A DNA stretch of 64,000 bases, from positions 162,626,001 to 162,690,000 of the forward strand of contig OX597817.1 of NCBI GenBank assembly GCA_951406725.2, in the 5' to 3' direction. The notes beneath the pieces are model-generated. The model was not told the DNA's origin. It saw nothing but the letters and a program-made list of their open reading frames with translations, and did no database searches. Positions within the stretch are counted from its first letter, which is position 1; each line of letters starts with the position of its first letter. Below are positions 25,969-37,453 of this stretch, piece by piece. Origin of the DNA: Octopus vulgaris. Its lineage: Eukaryota. Made by a program: the position numbers and the translations under genes.

Positions 25969-26578
25969 TAATACCAATTAATCCTTTTGTATCCCAAAGT
26001 TCAGTTACGTCACCCACATTCTTCCTTCTTTGTACATTGATGTCCAACTTCGTGTCGCCTCTAAAAACACTCATACGTAGATTATAGCACCCTTCACTCC
26101 TCCGAAACCTACACATAGTTGTCATCCACACCTAATTTAAGATACTTCATGTCAAACATAAACTTTCTGTCTTAACAGAGGCCTCTAAAATATCCAATGA
26201 GCATGTTGCTAACTTGTCTCTGTAGTGGATGTGTGTGTGTATTAATAAATTCATAAGTTGTTTCGTGATTAAATAGAGATTTATTTACACTACATAAATT
26301 TTGTAAGCAATGCTACGCATTGCTTGTACAGAATACATATTAAAGAATGCTTGTACAGAATACATATTAAAGAAGAATATGTTTGCGTGTGTGTGAGTAA
26401 ATCATTCAGGACAGTAATCTGTAGGCATATTCTCTAGTCGTCTCCAAAACGCGGGATGTCTGCTTGAGCGTCAGCTCCAATTCTCTGTCCTCTAGCCGTT
26501 TTTCCCTTTCTATTTATAAAATCTCAAACAGCCAGAAAAATAGATATATCACAACAAAGTTACTGTTTAACCTTTAGT

Positions 26579-26651
26579 AGGTCATCGTTCGTCCACCTGA
26601 ACTTCGCCTGACCTGGCTCAGGTCGGAGGTCAAATAATGGGGTTTAGGTCA
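26579..26651. promoter_or_regulatory. Cluster of six nuclear-receptor half-sites including a perfect DR5
   Basis: AGGTCA 26579, TGAACT 26598, TGACCT 26609, AGGTCG 26620, AGGTCA 26627, AGGTCA 26646. Function untested. Confidence 0.45.
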
Positions 26652-28408
26652 GACGATCAATCAAGGAGACTTTTGTCAGAACAAAGGAATCTTAATTTCG
26701 CGCCTAAACGTGCTTTGGTATTCGACGACCGATGATTCTTGGATTCGATTTCGAATCCAAGCTTAGAGAAGGAAGTGCTAACTCTTACATCTCCATCAAG
26801 AGTACCATGACATAATTACTGCTAATAGTAAGGACACAATCTTGTACTTCTTTCTCTTTAGTAAACAGTTAAACCTCCCAAAGTTGCTAAAAATACTACA
26901 TTTCACAATCATTTGCATATTCAAACTATTCCAAAGATTAGACCTGATTTTTCAGGACCGGAAAATATTTCAGCTCTGAACAACTGTTGACTTACTATAA
27001 AACGCAAAAGAGACTTGCAACAGAATACTGCTCAAACATTTGGAGCGGTCCTACTGCTGTACACACAAACATCCCATACTGTCACGCCTCCCACCCAAGA
27101 AACAAACCAGTTAATTATCAAAAGGAGAAAATGTTTTTTAAACCTTTACTGCCATTTGTGGACCATTCCAGAGTTTATGGGCTCTGCCCGTTGTATCAGA
27201 GATGTCAAAGGAAATGCACATGAGGATTGCTGTGACTATCTGCTTAAATATTTAAGGTCGGTGTGCACATTTTCTACCAGGGGTAATTAGCGTAAAATTA
27301 GCAGAATTCCGAACAGTTGGCTAACTTGAAATGCAACAGGATGTCGGTCAGTATGTGGTGTGCAACCTTGAATTCATAAACCGTTTCTCTCTAAGGATTC
27401 CTCTATTCCTTTGATATTACTAGTTTTCACTAACTGATGCGTACTTCTAGAAGTAGCAGCTACATCTACCTCAAATAACACATCTTTCTAATTTTACTTC
27501 CTCAAAATCCTTTCTGTTTCCACAACGTTTTCTTGTTTTTTTTGTTTTTTGGTGATGGTGGTGGGGATACAATAATGTACACAACCATCAACTAACCTAT
27601 CTTTAAAATGGTTTCACAAGCAATTTCTGGGGTTTGGGATTCTGGTAAATGATAAAATTTAATTTTAAAAACTGATAAAGAAATGGTATTCACCATTTTC
27701 AGAACAGATTATGCATGTTTTTGGCTGTGGGTAGGAAGCTTGCTTTCTAACCACATTGTCCAGAGGTCAGTCCCATTGCGTGGCATTTTGGGCAAGTATC
27801 TTTTATCGCCTCAGACGGACCAAAACCGTGTGAGTGGATTAAGTAGACGGAAACTGAAAGAAGGCCGTTATATATATATATAGTTGCTATTATGCAAAAG
27901 TGTCGTAAGTACAAAACGTTGCTTATTCAGAAAACGAAAAAAACAGTCTCACCATTCCATAGACAATTTTCTTGGCATCAGAAGCAGCTGGAGATACGAT
28001 AGTTTGACCAAAAGAACTGGCTATTGCAAGCAAAAATAAATATTGAAAACAAAATGTATTTGGACATACAACAGTTTAACATACTAGCAACGATATGTGT
28101 GTGTGTGTCACTCTTTCTCTCTCTCTCTCTCTCTACCTGTATGTATATATTTGCACTCCTCCCCACCGCTTGATAACTAGTTGTTTTACATCTCCATAAC
28201 TTAACGCTTTGGCAAAAAAACTACTGATAAAGTAACAGGCTTTAAAAAGGTTAAGGGGTCGATTCATTCGACTAAAAATTCTTCAAGATGGTTGGACGGC
28301 ATGGCCGCAGTCCAGTGACTGAAATAAGGGAGTGGGGAGAAAAGATTGAATGAATTCTCCCTAAAAATATTATTAGTGGAGTTACCTTTTAAAATTAGTA
28401 TTGACAGG

Positions 28409-28715
28409 GGATCTTTTCCCTTAGAACGGCAGATCGAGAAATTAATTTTTTTGTAACTAAACACTTTCAAACTTCGGACGCTGGTAGAATGTGTCATATA
28501 AAACATCTTTTACTCTTAGCGTTTTTGAGAAAAGTTTATATTTACGAATTTATTTCGTGTTAAAGTTGTCGTATTTCGGTAATTTCGACCAATCAATGGC
28601 GTGTATTCAGTTGAATAAAATTACTGTCGTTGTTTTACAACAACAACTATCAGTTTGAAAGTGTTTAATTACAAAAAATTATTTTCTAAATCTGCCGGTC
28701 AAAAGGTAAAGATCC
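28409..28715. mobile_element. MITE, internally deleted relative of 2331-2952
   Basis: GGATCTTT...AAAGATCC termini; perfect 8-bp TSD ttgacagg. Confidence 0.88.
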
Positions 28716-29601
28716 TTGACAGGATTTATCCATAAGATATCAGTAAGGATTTTGCAGTTTTGCGAATTTGTATGAGGGGTCAAATGACAAAAATAAAGTT
28801 AGGAACAACTAATCTATATAGAAATGGCCTCTACATGTTGTGTACGAAGTATCACATATCCATTTCTATCAACAAAGTTACATGCAGGAGACACAAAAAA
28901 CAGAAAGTGATGATGCCTATCCACATTACTCTGCATTCATTCTTTGTTAAAAAAAAAAAACAGTCATTTAAGCCATTTCATTTCCTAAATCCAGTTTCCA
29001 AGACGTTAGATGTTGGGTGAATGAAAAGCAATTCTCTCACACTTTAAAAGACCAAGCTTTCACTGGCAACTTTCTCTGATGTCCTGATACGTATTCTTGA
29101 TAGTTAAGTGAATTGATGTGCATTGTTTTCTTTTAGTCGCAGGTGAACTCTGATTGGAAAGACATATGATTATCAGTCTTGCCCGTCGCAGTGGAGGTGC
29201 ATGGTCTAGTGGTTAGAGCAGCGAACTGGCGGTTGCGGGTTCGAATCTCAGACCGGGCGATGTGTGTGTGAAACACTTAAGCTCCACGTGACTCCGGCAG
29301 AAGGTAATGGCGAACTTCTGCTGACACTTTCGCCACAACTTTCTCTCACTCTTGCAGCTCACCTGCGACGGAATGGCGTCCCGTCCAGGTGGGAAACCTA
29401 TACGCCAAGGAAACCGGCCCTTATGAACAACAACTTGACCATCGCGTCTGTGCCGAGTTATTAAGCACTACATTATCCAGTAAATTTATTTTCCCCTTCT
29501 TTATTTTCCGTAAGGTATGGGTTGTGATTTGAAGGAATTTGATTGTTATCTTTAGCAGATAAGCAACCACATATGCCCCTCATTACCTTGAAAAACTTAA
29601 G

Positions 29602-29705
29602 ATGCTTATGGAACTTACGTTTTTCAAGCAGTCACCTAAGTACTAACAAGACTTGGCGTTGCTTAACATCGGTAATCGGACGAGAACTGTAATATTACCG
29701 TAAGC
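29602..29705 (-). pseudogene. Degenerate 5S rRNA pseudogene
   Basis: Minus strand reads GCTTACGG...GTTCTCGTCCGATTACCGATGTTAAGCAACG...GTTAGTACTT..GTGACTGCTTG...CCATAAGC, matching the molluscan 5S pattern with internal deletions. Confidence 0.85.
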
Positions 29706-29813
29706 AATTGAAGTTTGTACAACTTAGTGGCTTACTTAGAGGACCTACGAATTCTTTGTGATGATTTGAACTCACAAATCATATTTCACACATACTATAT
29801 ATAAATTCTATTT

Positions 29814-29880
<67 letters not shown>

Positions 29881-29890
29881 TGTGTGTGTG
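29814..29890. repeat. (CA)n(TA)n(GT)n compound microsatellite
   Basis: Seen directly; similar tracts near 1770, 13260 and 22166. Confidence 0.95.
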
Positions 29891-30392
29891 TAATTGGGCA
29901 TAGATAAATATCGCTGACAGTTGGGACGAGTAAAGAAAATTTCCTCAATGCAACGCTATCTCCCAATTTGGTAAGTCTAAGAAAAGCTATTACTAACATT
30001 TTCGTTTGCAAAAACACACTGAAGCCAGGAATTCGTTTTCTTTAACAACAAAGTTGTCATAATCTGTCCTAGGGTATTCTGGATATTTTTATAATTAAGT
30101 TTATCTGTATAGCTTATCAGCTTCGTCACTACAACCAGGATTGAGAATACCAGCAACAGGACCAGTGGTATTTGTAGCTAAGTCGATAAATGAATGCATA
30201 GTTACATCTGCTCGACATTGAATATCCCTTTATTAAAAGATGGAGCTCATGATTTGGCGGGACATTAGTGTCTACATTTATGCATTCGCTAGCCATTTCT
30301 GCACCATACAAAATCTAATTGTAATAGAATATAATTCGGAGTGTGATGAAGATTTTAACTCCTGTCAGTACCGAAATGATGAAGGAAAATAA

Positions 30393-30697
30393 ATGGAGAA
30401 AAAAATGGGAGCAAAGCAGCGGAAGACGGATGATATGGGCCACATAGTCGCGGAAATGACAGCGATGGTGTTACTGCGAAGAATGGTCGGCGACACTCGC
30501 CGCAGTAGCCATACCACCTCGCGGAGCTCATTTCTCCGACGGGCCGCCGTTATCCCAATTATGTGGAAGAAAGCAGTAATATGGGGTTCTAGAACACCTG
30601 ATGTCGCGATGGCTGCCTGCCAAGCTCCTGTACTTAGTGATTTTTCTGTCTTTCGCGTTACGGACGACGACACCGTGGTTTGCGACAAATGCGGAAG
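30393..30697 (+). CDS. Candidate orphan gene, exon 1 (ends VVCDKCG-R)
   Basis: GC/CpG-rich non-repetitive ORF in an AT-rich background. AG|GTttga phase-2 donor is compatible with the exon at 33444. Confidence 0.5.
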
Positions 30698-33443
30698 GTT
30701 TGAGCTGTATATTTCTATGGGAGTTTACTGAAAACTTGTGTCATGAAAGTCCCAATATTTCTGTCTTAAAGTGAAGTAATAGTCTACCGAAACTCGAAAT
30801 AGTTTAAACAATGCTAGTTAACTTCATTCTCTTCAGACCCATAAAGAGTTAAATAGTATAAGATATTCCCATATCACAGTGGAAGTTAATATCGAACAGT
30901 TTTCCATTGAGAATTTCCTTGGAAGTAGATTTAAGTCAGGAAAGCCATTGATGGAGACTAAAAATGGGTGCGACTGCTTAAGTCCTCGTTCAAACCACTT
31001 AAATCTGAATCCGTACTCAGACATAAAACGTATTTTTCTTTTCTATATTACTATTATGAAATAAGACTTCCTATAGTATGTTTCATACCTCATTTCTAAA
31101 ATTTCTTTTAAAATTGAAACTGCCAAGAAACAACATTATTTAATATCAAATGTTTTTTACTAAGAAAAAATTTAATTCAATGATTGTATATTTTTTTTTT
31201 ATTCGTTAGTTGTGTCTGTGAAACTAGAAGTAGGATGCTTAAAATCTTGGGTATCTACATCTGCCGCGTATGTTATGGAGAAGTGGAGACATTGAGGAAA
31301 AATAAATTTCGCAGTAAAAGGTAGGTATTTGTTAAGAGAAAAATAGTTTCAAGTGTGGTACTTCGATGAATAATTAGTCTTATGAGCGGAATATAAATAA
31401 CTTTTCTCGAATTCAGAGTATAGACTTTTAAACAACAGCCCTCACTTTTGGTATGAGTTTTCAATAGATCTAAATTGAAAAGTTAGGCGTATGAACGATG
31501 GATTGCGAAATCATATTTACACTTAAAAAATTCAACGCAAGTAAAGCATATTCACACTTGAGTAAAAAAAACAAACCCAAGAATAAATCTCAGGCGAGCG
31601 AATTTTGCAATCAGTTTTCTATTCCCACTTTAAACCAAAATACCTGTGTTTCAAACAGCAAAATATGAATATTATGCGATTTCACTCTTCGTCACAAATT
31701 TATGAAATTTTGTAGAAATATGGAATTAATAAGGTAGTCGATTGTTTTGTAATTAATTGCATCTCTATACGTTCTGAGTTCAAACCCCGTTGAGGTCAAT
31801 TTAGCACAAAATGTTGCTTAGGATGATTTATTTGATTATGCGCGTACGCAAATATATTATTTTAATATAATTTTTTTAAATTTTCATTTATTACATATAA
31901 ACAAGTACATCTTTTAGAACATTGTCATTTTATAAGATTTTGCTGGCAAATTTTAAAATTAAAATGAAAGAAAATTACCGGAGAACTTTCTAGTTCTTCC
32001 AAATCTTGCTGTTAAAACTATTGAAACCATGTATGGAGAATTTATATATATATATATACATACATATAAATCGCAGTAACTTGTCGCACACCACAAGGTT
32101 TAACGGAACCTACCAGAAGCAACAATGAAACATTGTTGAATTATATCCTACAAATCTCTACCACCTGCTGTTTCGATATGCTACATATCTTTTGGTTTTT
32201 AACCCGAAATAAAGTTAAAAACATATTATTGGTTTTGATCTTCTCCGTACCAAGTAGTCCGGTCCAAGTCCATTGTTATTCAACCAACAATCGTTCTAAA
32301 CCTTTTTGTGTTTTTGTGCCGTAGATGAGGGCGATACTTTGTGTACCTTTGGTAGACATTCTTCCAATATTTATCCGGCGAGCTAGCAGAATCGTCAACT
32401 CCGTGGATAAAATGCTTAGCGGCATTTCGTCCGTCTTTACGTTCTGAGATCAAATTCCACCTGCTTCCGAAACTCCAAATGGCTTTTGGAGTTTGATGGT
32501 GAGAAGCAGGTGATAAATCTCACTCTGGTTAGGACACTGGATTATCGCAGATACCCCCCTCCTACTCTTCCCAACTACACACTCCAAGCTGATCTGGTAT
32601 ATTTTTACCTTGAGCAGTTAGGTGTAAAATAATATCGATTTTAAATTTTGGCACACAGCCGGCAATTTGGGGGAGGAGCTAAGTCGATTACCTCGATTCC
32701 AGGGTTGAAAGGCAAAGTCGACCTTGACGGAATTTGAATTCATAACGTGAAGACGGACGAAATGCCATTGAGCATTTTCCTCGGCGTGCTAGCGTCTCTG
32801 CCAGCTCGCTGCCTCATAGGACAATTAATATTGATGTTCTGTCCATAAGTAACAATTTTAGACCCAAGAGCAGTGAATTCCATATACCATCCACTTGATC
32901 TCGCTTCAAAATTATTATATGGTTATTTGATCATTCCTGCCAAAGGCATTATATTGTGTACCTTTGGTAGACATTCTTTCAATATTTATCCGGCACTAGG
33001 CGGCGAGCTAGTAGAATCGTCAACTCTGGATAAAATGCTTAGCGACATTTCGTCTGTCTTTACGTTCTGAGATCAAATTCCACCATTGTTGACTTTGCTT
33101 TTGATCCTTTCGAGGTCGATAAAGTAAATATCAGTTGAGCACTGGGGACTATATAATCGACTTAGCTCCTCACCCAAATTTTCAGGCCTTGTCCCATCGT
33201 AGAAAGAAATCTATTATCTGGCATTGTTGACGTTAGCCATTCACTAGGCCGTGGTAAATCTACCTCGTAATTTGCGTATCTTATTCCCATCCCCCATTTT
33301 ACAAGCTTTGGTAAATCCGTCTCTTTTCACGTGTCTACTTTTATGCTATTATCGGCCGTGATTAAGTTTGTCTATTCACATTACTACTTTGATAATTTAA
33401 TCATTTATGAACTGACTCAGAAATGTTTTTTTTGAAATAACAG

Positions 33444-33855
33444 ATCAAAGAACAGTCCAGTCTGTGACAAAAATGTAAGTGTTCAGGTTACCAATGGTCA
33501 ACACTGTCCCTCAAGTTATAAAATTCAATCGACCAACACAATGTCATCTACGAGGCCGAATAAGACCGACCAATGCATATCACCAATTACACGATCAAAC
33601 ACTGCTCTCAATCCTATCATCTACACAAGTGACCAACACTCGCTCCCCACCATGTCGACCAATACGAATGACCAACACTCTTACCGCACCACGTTACCAA
33701 AAACGATTGACCAAAACTCGCTCCCCACTGCATCACCAAATACGCCTGACTTCAACAAACACGAATCGCTCGTCTGTGTATCTGACATCAATAAAATTGC
33801 CTCATATCGTGAATTCGGAATAAACGAAATATTAATAAAAACGCATGAAAATTAA
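33444..33855 (+). CDS. Candidate orphan gene, terminal exon, S/T/N-rich with 13-aa repeats
   Basis: CTGAC branch site (33412), T-tract and aacAG acceptor. Frame is open from the acceptor to TAA at 33855, with in-frame 39-bp repeats and AATAAA downstream (~33972). Confidence 0.5.
33631..33747 (+). repeat. Three 39-bp coding tandem repeats (DQHSLPTMSTNTN / DQHSYRTTLPKTI / DQNSLPTASPNTP)
   Basis: gaccaa(c/a)actc recurs at 33631, 33670 and 33709. Confidence 0.85.
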
Positions 33856-34555
33856 AGTTTAATTGAGCAAAAATTTAACCATTTTTTCTCTCTAAGTAAA
33901 TACAAACTGTCATAAAAACCATGAATGCATATATATTGTCATACACATGTTTCTTAATAATTTGTCATATGAATAAAATGATGTCTTTATTAAGCCATAG
34001 CTACTTAACATTTGGAGTTTTTAAAAAAATTTTGATTAATTAGTCGGAAGAAGATAGACTAGTTCAATTGGATTTTCGTGTCTAACTTCGATGAATTTCT
34101 TTCTGCTAACTTCAAAGTGCTGCATTGATTTAGTAAACAAGTATATTACAATTTCACTTGACTGAGTAGTTTGCCAAATGTGTTGTTTTGGCATCACCGT
34201 AGAATCACAGAACTCCACAATAAAGACATGGTATATTCATTACTCCAATACTAAACGGCTTCTCGAAATTATCTGATCCCTAGCACGGTTACGCGCCTTG
34301 TACAAATATTCTATTCTATCCTATTCATTCATATTTTCTCTCTAACCCTGAAATCTAGTCTAAGTATTCTTGTATATTCTTTTCAATCACGTATTTTTTT
34401 TTCTCTTCTAACATGTTTATTTAACTTTTAGCCCACTAATTTAATATAATGTCCGGCCATCCTTCGATAGCTGTAGGAATTAATCCAGTGGGAAACAACA
34501 ATTCGTATGAGTTTTCGAAGACTTCATGTACATGGTGTATTTATTCCAATCCGGG

Positions 34556-34880
34556 ATAATAATAATAATGAAATTATTGTATACAGTGCTCAGGTGCACC
34601 ACAACTTGTCAGAAAGTGCATATAAAGTACATGCAGTAATGTAGAAATGTCTGGAAAGCGAACAATGCATGAGTCAGATACATGCTTGTGTGTGTATGGA
34701 GGGGAGAAAATCAGGTGTAGTGTTGGCGAATCTCAGGAAGCATGGAAGTTTTGAAGGATGCAGTGCTCCGACAACTAACAACTGATGCCGGCAGTTTGTT
34801 CCACGCTTCAGCAACTCTCAGCGTGAAAAAATGTTTCCTGAAGTCATGGGAGCTGTGCTGTTTTCTTACTTTGTAAATAC
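34556..34880 (-). mobile_element. CR1/L2-like LINE 3' end
   Basis: RKHFFTLRVAEAWNKLP..VV...FK ORF2 C-terminal motif, followed by a 3' UTR and a (TTA)n tail. Confidence 0.8.
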
Positions 34881-35679
34881 ACAACTTGTATATTAACATT
34901 TAACAGACCAGAAGGGAAGTTGGATAAGAAAAGGTTTTCGTCTTGCCGCCTTCCATGACAGGTATAGTGGATTTAACAAAATTCAAATCAAAGCGGGGGT
35001 TGTCCAGTAGCAAGAACAGAGATGGAGGCGATGCAGTTAGCAGCAGGCCGCGTGGGAGAGCATAAGAGGTGTTCATGGCTGTGCGCGTCTTTTTATCCCT
35101 ATCTAGTTGTTAACGATGTGACCAGCGGAGATAACTCTAGATGACCCACATTAAAACATGGATTCAAATAAGGTTACCTACAAACTCATGCTTATCACTA
35201 TCGTTTCTTTTTTCTTGTTTAGCAGTTCTTATTCTTTCTCTTAGCTTTAATGCCATCGTTTATCATGCGACACCTAATTGCATTTCTTGCATTAATTCCA
35301 TTCATTTCCTCCTGTATTAATGCTTCTCGTTATTACTGATTTCTCTCTATATACCTAAATTTTGTTTCTTCTCTTTGCTCTCTCCAAAATATTTCTCTGT
35401 GTCTTCCCTAACCTCTTTCCATTCAATTCAATTCCTGCTGCCTCGCTCTGTTAATATGAGCCACCATGACACACTAAACTTCGTTTCGGTAATAAAATAA
35501 TAAAGAAGCACTTAAAATTACAGCATTGTCAAAATTCTGTGCCCGGGACGCGAAATTTCTTCTTCTCCCTACGAGAGTTCCGGACCCCACTGATGAACAC
35601 CTTTGCATACAACCAGAGCTCACCTTGACCATGTCAAGATAATAAAAACGACGGAAGTTGTTGTTGACAAACAACAGCA

Positions 35680-36041
35680 CTGGAGGCGCAATGGCCCAGT
35701 GGTTAGGGTAGCGGACTCGCGGTTTCGATTCCCAGACTGAGCGTTGTATGTGTTTATTGAGTGAAAATACCTAAAAGCTCCACGAGGTTCCGGCAGGGGG
35801 TGGTGGCGACCCCTGTTGTACTCTTTCGCTCCAAATTTCTCTCACTCTTTCTTCCTGTTTCTTGTCCCCGACTTCCTACTCAACCGCTGAGCCTGGATGC
35901 GCATTCATCCCTCCCTCGATGCTCTCGGTGTTGGGGGTTGAGCTGCTTTCTCTTCTGCGGGTCTTACGAATAGCAAAGGACCACGTTTCGGACTTCTCCC
36001 ACTACAGACATGGGACGGAGACCGCTTCGCTCAACAAATAA
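35680..36041 (+). mobile_element. tRNA-derived SINE (family E) nested in a MITE arm; relatives at ~29193-29430 and ~38766-39045
   Basis: 13-bp TSD acaaacaacagca; TGGCCCAGTGGTTAG head. Confidence 0.85.
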
Positions 36042-37233
36042 ACAAACAACAGCAGTAATTTTATTCAGGTGAATACACGTCATTAATTGGTTGAAATTAC
36101 CGAAATGCGACAACTTTAACACGAAATAACTTCGTAAACATAATCTTTTCTCAAACGCTAAGAGTAAAAGATGTTTTATGACACATTCTACTAGTATACG
36201 AAGTTTGAAAGTGTTTAGTTACAAAGTCCTCTCCCCCACATCACCCCCGTTTGCGTAAATTTTTGTTTTCATATTCGTTTTCTGCACTTTTTTTTAAACA
36301 CCTATTAGACTAGTATTTTTTGTTTTGTTTTGGTGACCGGGTGCTAAACCAGATCCTGAAAGTTATGAGGGGGCAGGGGAAACGGATCGTGTGAACTTTC
36401 CGACAGTCCTCTCCCCACCCCTTCGGAATGCATTTTTACCACAAATTTCTTCATGATCGTAATCTGTGCCATTGAACAGTATTTCACTAATATATATCCA
36501 TTTTCCTGAAAGTTATAAAGGAAAAATCAGATCTTGTGAATTCTCCGAAAGTCCTTTCAACACCCACCTGCCCCTTTTGTTTGCGCAAATTTTTGTTTTC
36601 ATATTCGTTTTCTATGCATCTTTTTACACCTAATATGCCGGGGGTTTTGTTTTTGTGACTGGGTCTTAAACTGTATATTATCCAAATTTTATAGGTATTA
36701 GTTCGAATTATAGTCCCAACCAAATGTAGATTTCCCTTTTTAGCGAGTCATTCATTAATAAAAAAATAAAAAAATCAGCTCTAAGTTAGAGAGATTTTGA
36801 AGAAATACGATTTTAAATTAAATGCAAAAAATTTTTAAGACACAAGTGGTTTTATAGATATGACTGACCAGTGTGGAAACGAAGTGTAAAATATGAAAAA
36901 GTAAGCAAATAGAAAAAGAAATAAAAACGGAAGCTGATGGAACAAGAGATAGAAACCATACATGCAAAGAACTGTTATATACCATCTACAAACATAGGTT
37001 TTCATTAATAAAGTTTGTGCTGGTTGCTGTCGAGACATCAGGTGTTCTTGGACCCTGCATTACTGATGACACCTTTCTTGAGAAGATACAGGTACCATGG
37101 GGAAAATCATCTTCTGGAAGCATAATGTGAATGTTCACAAATGGGCTCCACACCCAATTTGTTCCTGTTAAGTCTTCACACCCTCATCGCAATTCTAACA
37201 ACTGATGTAATTACATGCAGAACTACATATACC

Positions 37234-37453
37234 TATTTCTTTACTACCCACAAGGGGCTCAACACAGAGAGGACAAACGGATTAAGTCGATTATATCGAC
37301 CCCAGTGCGTAACTAGTACTTATTTAATCAACCCCAAAAGGATGAAAGGCAAAGTCGACCTCGGCGGAATTTGAACTCAGAACGTAGTGGCAGATGAAAT
37401 ACCGCTAAGCATTTCGCCCAATGTGCTAATGATTCTGCCAGCTCACCGCCTTC
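37234..37453 (-). mobile_element. Meta-like SINE (family B)
   Basis: 17-bp TSD gcagaactacatatacc. Confidence 0.9.

Noticed and set aside
30365-30688. Minus-strand 107-aa ORF
   Set aside because: Non-ATG start, antisense to the better-supported + ORF, and no splice partner found.
35590-35600. CTGATGA as a hammerhead core (also ~37063)
   Set aside because: No stem II followed by GAAA at a suitable distance.
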